A stretch of 64,000 nt of DNA from Piromyces finnis finn (GCA_002104945.1 MCFH01000052.1:186001-250000); one strand, 5' to 3'; counted from the first letter of the stretch, positions 1-13,438 are shown. Made by a program: numbers and translations. Notes: generated by a model from the sequence alone, not told the origin.

Positions 1-999
1 GTTTTATATTTAATTATTTTTTTTAAGAAAAAGAAATATATAAATTGTAATTATAAAATAATAATTACAATTTATAAATAAAAATTCAATAAAAATTAAA
101 AAATATAATCATCGGCCAAATAAAATAAAATTAAAAGTATTGTTATAAATTTTAAATAATAAAAAGCAATAATATTGAGTTGTCTTTTTAGTTAATTTTC
201 AGCAAAAAATAACTTTTGTTTATCTTTTCAGTTAATTAGTTATTAAGATAATTAAAGTGTTTTATAGTAAGTTAGTAAGAGTGCAGTTTTATCGTTTTAT
301 CACATATCGTGGGGAGTAGACCGCTAACTAATAAGTAAATATTACACCACTTAATATTTATGACGGTTAGTTAGTGGAGGTCGAAAGACACGGTGACGAA
401 ACTGTCGGGTACTCTGAAGGTACTATAATAACATAATCAATATTATCTTCTGCTTTATAATAATAAAAAAATATATACTTTTCACTAAAACAAACAATTA
501 TTCCTTATAAATAACAATACTAATATATAAAGTAATTTGACATAAATAAAATATACTCATAACGTTATATAATAAATAATAATAAAAATTTCTCAAGAAT
601 AAAGTTCCCTAATAACAATAAAATTAAAATAACTGTCTACACATAACAACTATTTGCTTTCTATCATAATATATTATATATGAGTATATTTTAGTAATAA
701 AAAAATTTATCTTTTATATAAAATATTTGTAAATGAAATTATTTTATTGTGGATAAATTATTATAAATAATACTAAATACCTGTAAATAAAATTATATAA
801 GCATTATTGTAAATAATACAAAATACTTGTAAATAAAATTTTATTATTGTAAATGAAAATCATTGTAAATAAAAGTATATTATTGTACTTATTATAAATT
901 AGGATTTTTAAATAAAATATTAAAATAAAATTAAATAAAATAATAAAAATAAAATATTGGAATAAAACAGATAAAATAATATAAAAATAAGAATTAATA

Positions 1000-1966
1000 A
1001 TGGATAATACTACTAAAGGTATTACTTATAAGAGAATACCTATTTTGGGTTCAACGAAGGTTGAATTTGATGATTGGGAATTTTCTTTTAAACATTGGTG
1101 TAATTTATATAAGGTACCAGAACAAGGAAAGTTAGAATACCTTATATCATTAACTACAGGTACAGCTAGAACAATTGTAGTCAATGCATTAAACAAAGAA
1201 ACACCAGATGATTATAATACCATCATCAAAAACCTTAAAAGTCATTTTAAAGGTTCCATACCAAAGAATTAAAGACTATTAGAATTATCTACTATTTCAA
1301 TAAAGAAAAATGAAAGTGTATCTGAACTCAATATTAAATTTGACTCTTTAATAAATAAAACAAATTTAAAAATGTCAAATGAAATTGTATTATCATACTA
1401 CATTAATGCTTTTAGAAATTTTACCAGAACTTATGAAGCACTATTAGAAGCTGAACCAAAAAGCTTAGAAGAAGCCAAAAATATCACTATTAAAAAAGAG
1501 AAAATTTATAATATAGTTGAAGAAAATAGACCCAAAATTAGGACTTCAATTAATTCCAAAAGGTCTTCAAATGATAATAATGCTCAAAGAAATAATGAGA
1601 GCATATTCAAATAATTTTAATAGTTACAACCGAATGTATAACAATAATACCACTCAAAATAGTTTTAAAAATTATAATAATAGAAATTATACTAGTAATT
1701 ACAGAAATAATAATTATAATAATAATATTCAAAATAACAACTACAATAATGATAATAATAATTATTCAAGATTTAATAATATTAACCAAAATTTTTAGGA
1801 AAGAAGAAGTACCTTAAAATATCCACAAAATAATGAGGATGAACTAAAAGAAATAACACGAAAGCTTGCTGACCTAAAAATTAATGTTTGTTTGAATTGT
1901 AAAAGAATAGGTCATACTACGAATGATTGTCCAGAATTAGATGATGAATATAATCATTTAAACTAA
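1000..1966 (+). pseudogene. gag: gag of E1 (in-frame TAA at 1270-1272, further frameshift/stop, zinc knuckle)
   Basis: ORFs 1000-1272 and 1372-1614 share a frame; Asn-rich segment; CLNCKRIGHTTNDC knuckle; ends HLN-TAA at 1964-1966. Confidence 0.85.
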
Positions 1967-1991
1967 ATAATGGGAGTAAGCAATCTCCCGT
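1957..1991 (+). promoter_or_regulatory. -1 ribosomal frameshift signal (TTTAAAC plus hairpin ATGGGAG/CTCCCGT)
   Basis: U_UUA_AAC sits in the gag frame just before the gag stop; 6-nt spacer; 7-bp stem at 1970-1991; pol is in the -1 frame. Confidence 0.75.
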
Positions 1992-4372
1992 AAAAACTAA
2001 AATTGCAAATAGTTCACAAAATACACAAGAAGCACAAATAAATCCCAATATCTCTAATGAAAATAATTATTCTATTAATGCGGCTCAAAAGAAGAAAATA
2101 AATGTTAAAACAGTAGATAAAAATAAAATATCACCAAATAATAAAAGTATTGTCAAACCCTCAATACTTAACCAACCTAATATTAGGAATTTAAAACAAC
2201 AAAAGAAGGCTATTAGAGATACTCGTAGAAGAAAAATTAGCGAAGATAAAGATGAAGTTATGGAAGAAACCCCAAATGAAGAAATAGAAATAGAAAGTGA
2301 AGAAGAACAAAATAATACAAATGAAATACCTTTAGAAGAAGTTACTAATACAAAAGAACATATCCAACCTATTGAAATTAATAACTCTAATGATTCTACC
2401 AATGAAGAAACTTTTAAAAATAATAATGAAACAAGTGATGTAAAAGTAAAGAAAAATTCTGTCAAAACCAAAGTAACCACAAAAAGAAATACGACAGAAA
2501 TACAAATGTTAAAATCTAAAGATAAATTTAATATAATTAAAGAAGCAAATAACTTATATCCAAAAATAAGTCTTTCTGAATTACTTTCTGCTAGTCCATC
2601 ACTTAGGAAAGAACTAGAACAAGGTTGTAAACCCAAAGTTGAAAAAGTGATGTACTACTTTAATAACTCTAATATTCCATTAATAATTGGCGACATAGAT
2701 GGAAAATATTTAAAAATTCTTAATGACACTGGCGCAAATGTCTATATCAGAACTACAAATGGTTTTAATAAATTATCTAATAAAAATATTGAAAAAAGTG
2801 ATGAGGAACAAAATAACTATTGCTAATGGTACTATTGTTCCTACAAATATTTTTACTACTTTAAAAATAAATATTAATAATTGTACTATTTTTGAAAAAT
2901 TTTATATTATTGAGCAAAGTAATCCATACTTTGATATAATTTTTGGAAGAGGTATTCAAAAGAGATACCGTTTATTTATTGAATCTGATGATGATTATAT
3001 CTATCAGAAGACAAAAAAAGGTTTAAAGAAAATTATAAATATTATCAATAGTAATGATAATGATACTAATGATATTCCCTTAATGAATTCTATAATTATT
3101 TCAAAAGAAGAAAACCAAGAATTTCAAAATACATTAAATGAAATCTTAAATTTAACACCTGATAATATTAAATCAGAATTTGAACATATTATAAATAAAT
3201 ATAAAAATTGTATGGCTACATCAATGTCTCAATTAACTACTGCGGATTTAGAGCCTCATTCTATAATTACTACTAATAAATCAATAAAATTAAAACCTTA
3301 TAAATTATCCAAGGAATATGCTGATATTTTAAAAAGTGAAATTCTTTCATTACTTGATAAAGGTTTAATTACTCCTTCTCACTCTCCATGGTCATTTCCA
3401 GTTTTACTTGTACAAAAGAAAAATGGTAAATGGAGAATGTGTATTGATTATAGAAGACTTAATGAAATTACTAAAGGATTCTTATGTACTTCCCTTTATT
3501 GATGAATTAATCTCTTCTGTTTATGGTACAAAAATATTTTCTGCTTTAGATTTATATTCTGGCTACCACCAAATTCCTATGAACCCAAATGATATTGAAA
3601 AAACTGCTTTTACAACAAAATTTAGTAATTATAATTTTAAAGTAATGCCATTTGGTTTAACTAATGCTCCCGCTGCTTTCCAGCGAGAAATGAATAGGAT
3701 TCTCTTACCATTAATTGGTAAATGTCTTTTTGTTTATATTGTTGATATTGTTGTTTATTCTAAATCACCAGAAGAACATCTTTATCATTTACAACAAGTT
3801 TTTGAAATATTTAAATATAATCTTTCTCTTAATTTACAAAAATGTAAATTCTTTCAAGAAAAGGTAGAAGTACTAGAACACGTGCTTACACCTAATGGGT
3901 TAAAAACTGTTCCTTCTAAAGTTCAAAGTATTGCTTTATGGAATGCTCCAAGGAATGTTAATAAACTAAGATCATTCCTAGGTTTAGCTAGTTACTACCG
4001 CAAATTTATTTAAAATTTTCTAGTAGAGCAAGTTCTCTTTAATTTATTAAAGAAAGACCAAGAATATATTTTGTCACAAGAATGTAATGAAGCTTTTGAA
4101 GATATCCGACAATGTCTATTAAGTGACCCTATTTTAAATTATCCTGATTTTAAAAGAATTTATTATTCGTACTGATGCATCAACAAATGGCATTGGTGCT
4201 ATTCTTACAAGTGGAGGGGGACAAATTGGAACATTCAATTTGTTGTATTAGTCGTACTTTATCTACTTCAGAAAAAAATTATTCTGTTACTGATCTTGAA
4301 GGATTAGCAATATATTATGCTATTTTACAATTTCGTCAATATATTATAAGTAATAAAATTCTACCATATTAA
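1957..4372 (+). pseudogene. pol: pol of E1 (PR-RT-RNase H), disrupted
   Basis: The -1 frame is open from 1957 into ORF 2260-2826; ORFs 2723-3502, 3408-4013 and 4175-4372 carry PR, RT and RH motifs. Confidence 0.9.
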
Positions 4373-5265
4373 TGTAAAAGTATAAAATTTAAAACAGATT
4401 TTATGCTTAAAACAAAACAATTTTTATTAACACAAAAACAAAAAAATAAAATATTTAATTTTTATTTAAAAAACATTTTATTTAAAACTCTTAAAAATAT
4501 TATTAACTATACAATAGTTAAAAAATAAAAAATTGAAATAACAATTACATCGATTTAATAAACAAAAATTACATGTATTTATATTTTTTCATAATTATAT
4601 TCTAATATATTATTCTATTTAAATAAACATATATTTAATATAAAATAAAATTTATTATATAAATTTTATGGAATAATTAAATAAAGATTAATTTTAAAAT
4701 ATCAAAGTTAAAAATGAAATTTGGATAAATATTTAAATTAATGGATAATTAAATTTAAATATTTTAAATATTCAAATTAAATCTTAAAAAGTTTTTATTT
4801 AATTAAAATTAGTTTAATAACTTTAGCGTAGTTTTAAATTAGCATTTTTTAATAGTAAATATATAATAAATAATATTATATATTTAATTAATATAGGTAA
4901 TACATGGACTGTATTCAATTTGCAGTTTACTCAAATTGAATCAAAAGTGTATTTAATTAGTTTTAGCTTAGTTTTATTATTTTATTATTTAATTAAATTT
5001 GTATTAAATTAGTTTTGTTTATTTTATATTGAATATATATATAATTAAATAGAATAGTATATTAAAATATATTTTACAAAAAATATAAATACATGTAAAA
5101 TTTCGTAATTTAAAACGATGACTATTATTTAGTTAATAACTAAATAAAACTAAAAAAGAAATTTAAAATTTAATGTTTTTATTTTGTTTCTTTTCATTTA
5201 TTTTGTGTTTTGTTTTATTGTAAAAATTTTATAATCTGTTTTAATTTTTTTATAAAACTTTTACA
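4373..5265. mobile_element. Chimeric AT-rich solo LTR (halves of two oppositely oriented LTRs) at the left inversion breakpoint
   Basis: Starts TGTAAAAG, ends CTTTTACA; left half matches about 16300-16530, right half matches 35690-36070 and the reverse complement of 48717-49060; flanks ATTAA and GTTAT. Confidence 0.75.
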
Positions 5266-5397
5266 GTTATATAGTGTCGGTCGAGTGCGAAATACTAATT
5301 CAACTCTAGTTAAAAATTCATCCAATTCATGCTGTTTACTAGAAAAGATCGGTGGAGCATTAATAATGTTCCCCGAGTTCCCAGAAACACCTATCAT
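5266..5397 (-). pseudogene. gag: 5' end of a chromovirus-type gag; the remainder is at 42713 onward
   Basis: APPIFSSKQHELDEFLTRVELVFRTRPTLYN joins IDRVKVDFIISY at 42713 through a shared ATAAC TSD. Confidence 0.8.
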
Positions 5398-5455
5398 TCA
5401 TATCCAAATCCAAACTTTCAAACTCACTAATTAAGCCCTCCAACTTAAATAAAAT

Positions 5456-5844
5456 TGTAACGAATCGTAAAATTAAGTGATCTGTTTTAGTTGTTAGTAA
5501 CTGAGACTTTAGGTCTGAATGTCACAAGTTCAAGATCATATATTCTATTTTTGAAATTATATATTTTAAATTATTTTAAGAAAAATTGATTGGATAAAGA
5601 ACTTAAGTTAAAAATCTATAAATTAATTAAAATTTTTTAGTATAAATGAGTGAATTTTCCCAAAATATTTTAGATAATTGAGTTTTTATTTTAAAAGAAA
5701 AAAAATAAAATATTATTTTAACACTAACCTGTAATGTAGTTTGTGTTCGATAATAAAGTTTTGTTTTTTTTATTATTATTAAGTTAATACATATAGTGTA
5801 TTTATATTTTTGTGAAGTATTATTGTCGAATACATTTCGTTACA
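5456..5844. mobile_element. Solo LTR, 389 bp
   Basis: 9-bp terminal inverted repeat TGTAACGAA...TTCGTTACA; 5-bp TSD AAAAT on both sides. Confidence 0.85.
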
Positions 5845-6100
5845 AAAATATAAAAATTAAATATTTTCTTACTACTGTTTCAAGTAATTTTTTTAACTAT
5901 TTCTACAAAAAGTAATATTTAATACAAAAGTTATTCAAATTCGATCCGTTATGCAGTGTCGAACAAATTTTGTATATTATATTTTAATATTAATTAAAGT
6001 AGTTTTGTTATCTATAATGTCTTCAGCCAAAGTAGCAACAAAGTTTTCTTAAGGCAGTAGATATCCTAACATAATCTTGAGGTAGTTAGGTAATTGTTAT

Positions 6101-6347
6101 TGTAATGTTGACTAAAAGAATAGATTAGGATATCTATTCTATTACAATAACACACAAAAACTAAAAATAGAAAAATTGTTTTATAAAAATATCTTTTATT
6201 AGAATAGAATTTTTAATAATAACAATTACATCGAAAAATGATGAAAAATATAAATATATTTATATATAATTTGTATAATTTAAACAACAATATTTATGGC
6301 TTAAGTTACATAACAGATACCAAGCTGTGGCGTATGATATCTTTACA
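6101..6347. mobile_element. Internally deleted copy of AT-rich LTR family L1
   Basis: TGTAAT start with AGAATAGATTAGGATATCTATTC and ...GTGGCGTATGATATCTTTACA end, as in 26646-27210 and 53810-54675; no TSD seen. Confidence 0.6.
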
Positions 6348-7032
6348 TATATGAAAAATTTTTTAATTATTTTCATCATTATTTTTAATTATTATTTAAT
6401 ACATTTTCATTATTTTTTTATCTTTCCTTGGATTCTAACTTTATTTCTTTGTGTCTATTTTAAATACATTTAAGTATTTAGTTGGATGACATTACTACAA
6501 TATATATTGTATTAGAAGTTGTTAATAACTTTATTAATAATTTATAAAAGAGCTACTATTGTTTTCTATTCAAACTACATGTAATTTCATTATGACTTGA
6601 GTATATAATCTAATACATTTCATATATCCTGACAATTTTTAAGAATAATATTTTTAAAATTTTTTTCAAAAAAAGTAAAAATAATTTTTCCAGTCCATAC
6701 TTGGAAAATTAAGTGATTTAAAATAAATAAAAAATTTAAACAAAATAAATAATAGCTTTATTTATAATTAAAATTCTTATTCTTGATTTAATATTTTTTT
6801 ATTATTAAAATTAAATATTTTAAATTCAATTTTTTTAATATTTGAACCTTAAAAAAAAGGTTTTCTTTTGGTATAAATATTTAACATTAAATATTATAAT
6901 TTACAACATAATTAAACTAAGTTTTAATAAAAAAAATATTATCAAAATATAGTCGTTTTTTTAAAAATTATTTATTTTATTATAATTAGTTGTTTTTTAA
7001 TACAGTTCAATTTAATTTTAATCCTATAATAC

Positions 7033-7704
7033 CAAAAAATTTGGAGTATGTATAAAATCTGTTATTTATTGTTCTTCTTCTTGCATAAACAAAAAATTTG
7101 GAGTATTTATAAAATTTGTTATTTATTGTTCTTCTTCTTGCATAAACAAAAAATTTGGAGTATTTATAAAATTTGTTATTTATTGTTCTTCTTCTTGCAT
7201 AAACAAAAAATTTGGAGTATTTATAAAATTTGTTATTTATTGTTCTTCTTCTTGCATAAACAAAAAATTTGGAGTATTTATAAAATTTGTTATTTATTGT
7301 TCTTCTTCTTGCATAAACAAAAAATTTGGAGTATTTATAAAATTTGTTATTTATTGTTCTTCTTGCATAAACAAAAAATTTGGAGTATTTATAAAATTTG
7401 TTATTTATTGTTCTTCTTCTTGCATAAACAAAAAATTTGGAGTATTTATAAAATTTGTTATTTATTGTTCTTCTTCTTGCATAAACAAAAAATTTGGAGT
7501 ATTTATAAAATTTGTTATTTATTGTTCTTCTTCTTGCATAAACAAAAAATTTGGAGTATTTATAAAATTTGTTATTTATTGTTCTTCTTGCATAAACAAA
7601 AAATTTGGAGTATTTATAAAATTTGTTATTTATTGTTCTTCTTGCATAAACAAAAAATTTGGAGTATTTATAAAATTTGTTATTTATTGTTCTTCTTCTT
7701 GCAT
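7033..7704. repeat. Minisatellite, 12 copies of a 57-bp unit (three copies are 54 bp)
   Basis: Unit AAAAAATTTGGAGTATTTATAAAATTTGTTATTTATTGTTCTTCTTCTTGCATAAAC; variants lack one TTC. Confidence 0.97.
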
Positions 7705-8329
7705 TAATAAACCATTGAGTAACATAGAATAATATAATGAAATTATAAATATTGATAATAAGTAAAAAAAATAAAGATTAAATGCTTTTTTTACATATTT
7801 TTTTAAAAAAAATAAAAATTAATTTTAAATCATTAATTATTAAATGAAAAGTATTTCTTTTTTAGTATAATCATCATAAATATTATGAATATTAATTATA
7901 GCTCTAAATACTTTATGGATGATATATAATATATTTTTTAAATTATGTAATATGTAATAAAATATATTACATTATATTATTTCAATTTGGTTTATATATT
8001 AATAAGTAATTTTTAATATATGAATTGTATAAGGTTATTATAGATGATTTTTAAATATTCGATTTAATATAGAATTTTGAAATACTGTAATATTTATTAT
8101 TTTTATTTTATTTCATTTTTTCAATAGATTGAATTAACAAAAATAAGTTTGTGAACATTTATGGACACATAATTTTATTTATCAATATCAAATATTTATA
8201 AACACACGTGACTAATTTATAAAAACATAAATATGTATTAAAAGTGTTATAAACGTAACGTCTACGTGTTGTAGAGATAGTTATTTGTTATTCATTTTAT
8301 TTTATTTTATGGTCACGTGACATTATATC

Positions 8330-8748
8330 TGATACGGGTTAATTTTATGTAGAAAGAATTAAACTTTAATTAATATATATTTTATTAATAATTTTATTTA
8401 TAACGTTCCAATATTTCTATTCTGTCTAAATACTAAAACGTTCTGTCGTTGTCAAATATTAAAATTCTAACTAAAACAAGAAGCCCTTTTTAATAATATT
8501 TATTCTAGTCTATTTATACTAATGAGGCTTACTTAATAATTAATTGTCCAATTATAAGGCTGGAACTATATGGATCATTCATTTACAATACTCTTTTACA
8601 TTACATGATATTACATTTGTCGTACATTTACATTATATTCTTATACATTGTAGAAATAATTAATATTATAATAAATCTATATAAATTCAATATTAGGAAA
8701 AATTACTAATATAATAATATGTTCAAGTCACATATTATTTTTATATCA
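8330..8748 (-). repeat. 3' LTR of E2
   Basis: TGATA...TATCA termini; one mismatch seen versus 14848-15266; preceded on the minus strand by the PPT-like GCGAGGGGATTTT. Confidence 0.97.
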
Positions 8749-8907
8749 AAAATCCCCTCGCTATAGGAGAGCGAAGTATAATTTAAGATACAAAATTTTT
8801 ACTGAGCGTATCTGGTTATAATATTAATTTTTCTGGTTATAAGACTAAATTTCTAAAATTAAAAAAAATTGAAAAAAATTGAAAAAAAATTGAAAAAAAA
8901 ATACTAA

Positions 8908-8949
<42 letters not shown>

Positions 8950-9268
8950 ATTATTATGGTTATTTATATATACTAATTACTAATTAAACTAATTATTATT
9001 GTTATTATTATTATTATTTACTATTATTATAATTATTATTTATTATTATTCTCAATAATCTACGGTAGGCTACTCGAGGTTTAGCAAGGTCGAACAGGAG
9101 TTAATCGACTTTTCGAAATTCGAAATCCCTTTTTGACTTTTTCAATTTCAATTTCGAAATTTCAAATTAATTATTTTTTTTTTTTTTTTTTTTTTTTTTA
9201 TATATATATATATGTTTAAACATATCTAATTTGTAAAATATCATAAATTTTAAATAAAGTGTCGTCTC

Positions 9269-12200
9269 TCATAACGAAATATTTTCTTTATAAGGGAGGA
9301 TATTCTTCATATGTGTATACCTGGTTAGTTCTTGTCCCGTATTGTAGTCCTTGAGCTTGACTGTATTCCAGGCGATATCTAAGATTTGATAAGGTCCTTT
9401 AAAATATGGGTCCAATTTTGTTCTGTTGAAATTCCTTAATTTGACTAGATCGCCTATTTTGTATTCTTCCTTATGATCCATGCTTATTTTACTTTGTCTT
9501 CTAGCTTCCCAATACTTTAGAGTACCTAGCATTTTTGAAGCCGCCTTCCTTATCCATTTAGCGTGATCCACGAACCTTTCCATTATAATTTCTTCTGTGG
9601 ATCTTCCTAAAGTTTCTTGATATGTTTCCATTAGCACTAAATCTATTGGGCGTGCATCCTTTCTTCCATATACAAGTTCAAAACTAGAGAATCCAGTTGT
9701 AGTAGATATACTGGTCCTTAACGCCCATAGAGCTACTGGTAAGTATTTGTCCCAGTCTTCATTGTTCTCTACTAAGAATCGTAGCTGTTTCCCAATTTCC
9801 CGATTCTTATTTTCCACTAGACCATTCGACTCTGGGTGATAGGTGGATACGAAGTGTACATAAGTATCATATAAATCTAAAAATATTTTTGTATAGTCGG
9901 AAGTAAATTATACACCATTATCCATTAAGACCAATTGTGGGACTCCGTGGCGACTAAATACTTCGGTTAGGAATTCCGCTACATCTTCTGAGGTGGTCGT
10001 TGACAACGCCTTCGCCTCAGGCCATTTTGTAAAATAGTCCACAGCTACAATAATATATTTGTTATCTTGCACAGTAGTCTTTAACGGGCCTATTATGTCC
10101 ACGGCTATTCTGACAAACGGTGCTTCGACTGGTGATGCAAATCTCTCGGTTCTTTCAGGTAGAGGTTGGGACTTCCGTAACTGACAGATTTTACACGTAG
10201 AAATATAGGTTTTTATATCTAAAACCATGTTCTTCCAATAATACTTATCCTTGATCCTTTGGTAAGTTTTCTGCAGTCCTTCATGTGCGATTTTATGGTT
10301 TTTCACGATGACCTGGATCTTTTCCAAGGGTTCGTCAACAATCTTTCTTAAGTTATCGTTATCCCTGAAATATAACAGATTATTTATTCTTATTACTCTT
10401 TCTTTTAGAAAGTTTTTCATAACATCTGAGATATATTTATCATTTTCCTCGTTTTCTTCTTCTGACATTAATTAAGGCATCTTAGTAGGTTCTTCTACAA
10501 CTTGTTTTCTCTGTTTCCGAGCTAATAAAGATTCTTCTTCATCACTTTCGCTTTCGTTATTTTCTGACTCAAGGTTGGTATCATTTAGTGTACTAACTAT
10601 TGCATTTGCGTTCACTTCCTGACTGTTATCCTCTTTTAATGACATCCGGGATAATGCGTCAGCTAAAACATTCGCTTTTCCAGGTTAATAACTTACTTCT
10701 ACCATATTTTGGCTAAAGTCATTAACCCAGCGAGCATGTTTTGAAGTTTGAGGTTCATTTTTATTAATGATAGCAACTAGCGGAAGGTGGTCAGTATATA
10801 AAATAGTTTTGTACGGATTTCCTAGGACATAATGACGAAATTCCATTAGGCAATAATGAGCAGCGGTACCTTCCAGTTCAGTAATAGGGTAGTTTAATTC
10901 AGCTTTCTTTAGTGCACGACTAGCATACTTTATAGGATGCTCTACCCCGTCCTCCAAAAGTTGCAATAATACGCCGCCAATACCACTGAAACTGGCGTCA
11001 GAGCGAATAATGAAAGGAATATCATAACGAGGAAAACACAGAATAGGGGCAGAGACCAAATATTCTTTAGCAGCAACGAACGACGAATTACACTCAGAAT
11101 CCCAAATAAACTTGGCGTCTTTTCTAAGGAGTTTATTCAAGGGAGCAGTAATAGAAGCAAAGTGATTAATAAATTCCCTATAATAACCAACCATTCCAAG
11201 AAAAGAACGAAGTTCAGTAACAGATTTAGGAGGATCTAGTTTGAGTATATTATCAACCTTAGATTTAATAGGAAGAAGACCATTAATAGAAACAACATGA
11301 CCCAACACTTCAACTTCCTGTAAACAGAAGTGACACTTCTCAATGTTGACCTTTAAACCATTATCGCGAAGGATCTGGAAAACCTTTTTGATATCACGAA
11401 GATGTTGTGAGTAAGAAGGAGAATAAATAATTATGTCATCAAGGTATACTTGAATACAAACATTGAGGAGGTCAAAGAAGATACGATTCATCTCTCTTTG
11501 AAAGGTCGCCGGCGCGTTTGTTAAACCAAAAGGCGTGACTACGTAATCAAAATTTCCAAAGCGCGTGGTAATAGCTGTAATACATTGGTCTTCTGGTAGC
11601 ATAGGAATTTGGTGGTATCCACTGAATAGATCTAAGGCCGTGAAAAATCTTGCACCAGTCATGGATTCAAAAGCTTCTCTAATGTTGGGAATAGAGTAAG
11701 CATCCTTTACAGTGATATTATTGACTTTTCTATAATCTGCACAAAGACGCCATTTATTGTGCTTCTTAGGAACCATTACAATGGGAGAAGCCCAAGGGGA
11801 ATGGGATGGAACAATAAGGCCTTTATCCAGTAGTTTTTGAAGTTCACCCTTAAGAGCAGCAAGTTGAACTTGTGACAACTTCCGAACTTTAGCTTTAATG
11901 GGTTTAGCGCCCTCAACAAGTTCAATGTGGTGTGACCGGAGTTTTGAACGTTGGAGATCATCAGTGGAACAAGCAATAACATCACGAAAAGAAAATAGAA
12001 GACTTTGAAAATCATCTACAACAATCGGTTCTTCAGACTTATATGAAGGAATAAGATTATGTGATTCCTCAACTTTACCTAGAATTAAATCCTCCTTATT
12101 AAGAATAGGCTCGTTCTTGAGAGCAGCTACAATTGGTTTCCTATCAGAAGAGGGAAATAAGTAACAGTAATAGCACAAAGAGTTAAAAGAATTAATATCA

Positions 12201-13438
12201 ATAATAGGAGTGAGAGGTTCCAGAGTACCTTGACGTGTCTTAACACAAACAGTTTTATCGACTGCATCAACAATAATCCGTTGATCATGTTGAACTTTCA
12301 AACCAATCAGAGCATCATAAAATACGTCGTCATTATCGCAAATGCGGAATAGGACCGGAAAGGTAAGAGAACCAATACACACATTGAGTTCAACCAAATC
12401 AAAGGTACGAAGGTTATCATCAGCCATAGCCTGTTGAATTTTGCTGTATACTTGGCCTTCAATTTTGAAATCGTTTATATTATCTAACAAGAATTTCTTC
12501 GAAACCAAGTTAATATTACTGCAGGAATCAACTAAAAGAAAAGCCTTATGTCCATTCAGTAAGGCATGAACTACGGCAATGTCGTGGTCTTTTACGGCAC
12601 CCGACACATAGTCGTGATGAGGATTATTAACGACTTGTAGTTCCAGCGGCTTATTATCCTGTTCGACCATACCCATGACAATAGAGCTAGAGGGAACACG
12701 TTCCTTCTTTAAGTTGTTGGCAAGATCCATACGAGATTGGTTGGATAATTCCAAGAGTTGGGCGAAAGTCACATTAGCCTTAGTATTTTTCAAGTCTTCG
12801 CAGATATCATATCTATTTGTCCCTTGAGATAACTTCATGACTTGTATAGTTTTTTCTTTTGGGCCTAAGGGCTGTACAAGGGCGCTTCCGATATTAGGAG
12901 AGGAAGTAATAGGACTTTTACTTTTCTTTTCACTTTTCGGCTTGGAAACATTTTTAAAAGATACAGATTTAACATGGCTCTCGGACTTACGGACATCTGG
13001 AGGTGCCTGAGTTTGTTCAAAATCCATTTCAACACTACTTACGTTTGGGAACGAGGGGGATTCGAACGCATGACCTGGGGACTGGGGGTTCGAGACAGTG
13101 CCCGCTGCACCATTGTGGTTATTTTCCTGAAAATTTTTTGAAGAGGGAAGATTCACCTGGGGGTGTGCCTGAGATGGTTGTGAGCTCACCGGAGATGTAG
13201 GAGGAGTAGTAGTATCAGAATTCGAGGAGGTGAGCGAGTTGCGTCTCTTCGTTTGAGCTGATTCCTCCTCATCTGTAGGGTCTAATTTCCTTTTAGCTAC
13301 AGCAATTATATCCTTTTTGACCGTAGATTCCGATGGTGAGTGACCCATTTGGTTACTGGAGGTGGATCGACCTCCATTTAGTGATTTAAACGACCACAGT
13401 CTTTTTGGAGGTGTCCTGGTTGATGGCAGCGATAACAC
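9269..13438 (-). pseudogene. pol: pol of E2 (PR-RT-RNase H-integrase) with three in-frame TAA stops
   Basis: ORFs 10685-13438, 9908-10468 and 9269-9817 are all in one frame; LVDSCS, YLDDII, SDAS, HKIAH..CKIC, VDIIGP and DNG motifs; stops at 10685-10687, 10472-10474 and 9908-9910. Confidence 0.95.
13357..13390 (-). promoter_or_regulatory. -1 frameshift signal of E2 (TTTAAAT plus hairpin TGGAGGT/ACCTCCA)
   Basis: U_UUA_AAU in the gag frame at 13390-13384; 7-nt spacer; perfect 7-bp stem at 13376-13357; pol is in the -1 frame. Confidence 0.8.

Larger units (their letters stand above)
1000..4372 (+). mobile_element. Decayed Ty3/gypsy element E1, 5' part (gag, PR, RT, start of RNase H); its 3' part lies inverted at 40794-42218
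   Basis: Gag fragments with CX2CX4HX4C at 1889-1930; protease LNDTGANV; RT motifs PWSFPV, WRMC.DYR.LN, LDLYSGYHQI, MPFGLTNAP; RNase H TDAS and DLEGLAI; several stops and frameshifts. Confidence 0.93.

Noticed and set aside
302-322. tRNA PBS for E1 (TGGGGAGTAGACCG after TTTTATCA)
   Set aside because: Spacing and match are poor, and the partner LTR could not be identified.
2085-2636. Antisense or overlapping short ORFs (also 11776, 13003, 13386, 20577, 23452, 29912, 31650, 36909, 60396, 61751, 62802 and similar)
   Set aside because: Shadow frames of retroelement coding sequence with no independent motifs.
4373-5265. MITE or Ginger-like DNA transposon with long TIRs (also 42219-42712 and 52616-54675)
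   Set aside because: No matching TSDs around the apparent TIR pairs. They resolve as fused or adjacent opposite-orientation LTRs, and intact family members have 5-bp TSDs with non-identical ends.
7048-7707. 219-aa repetitive ORF or CRISPR-like array
   Set aside because: Pure tandem repeat with no unique spacers; the ORF is a by-product of the unit length.
9908-10687. Alternative genetic code (TAA=Gln)
   Set aside because: Element B has about 1500 codons with no internal TAA/TAG, and the intact ORFs terminate in TAA.
13058-13067. B-box-like GGATTCGAAC (also near 47966)
   Set aside because: The first lies inside pol coding sequence and the second has no A box; likely chance matches.
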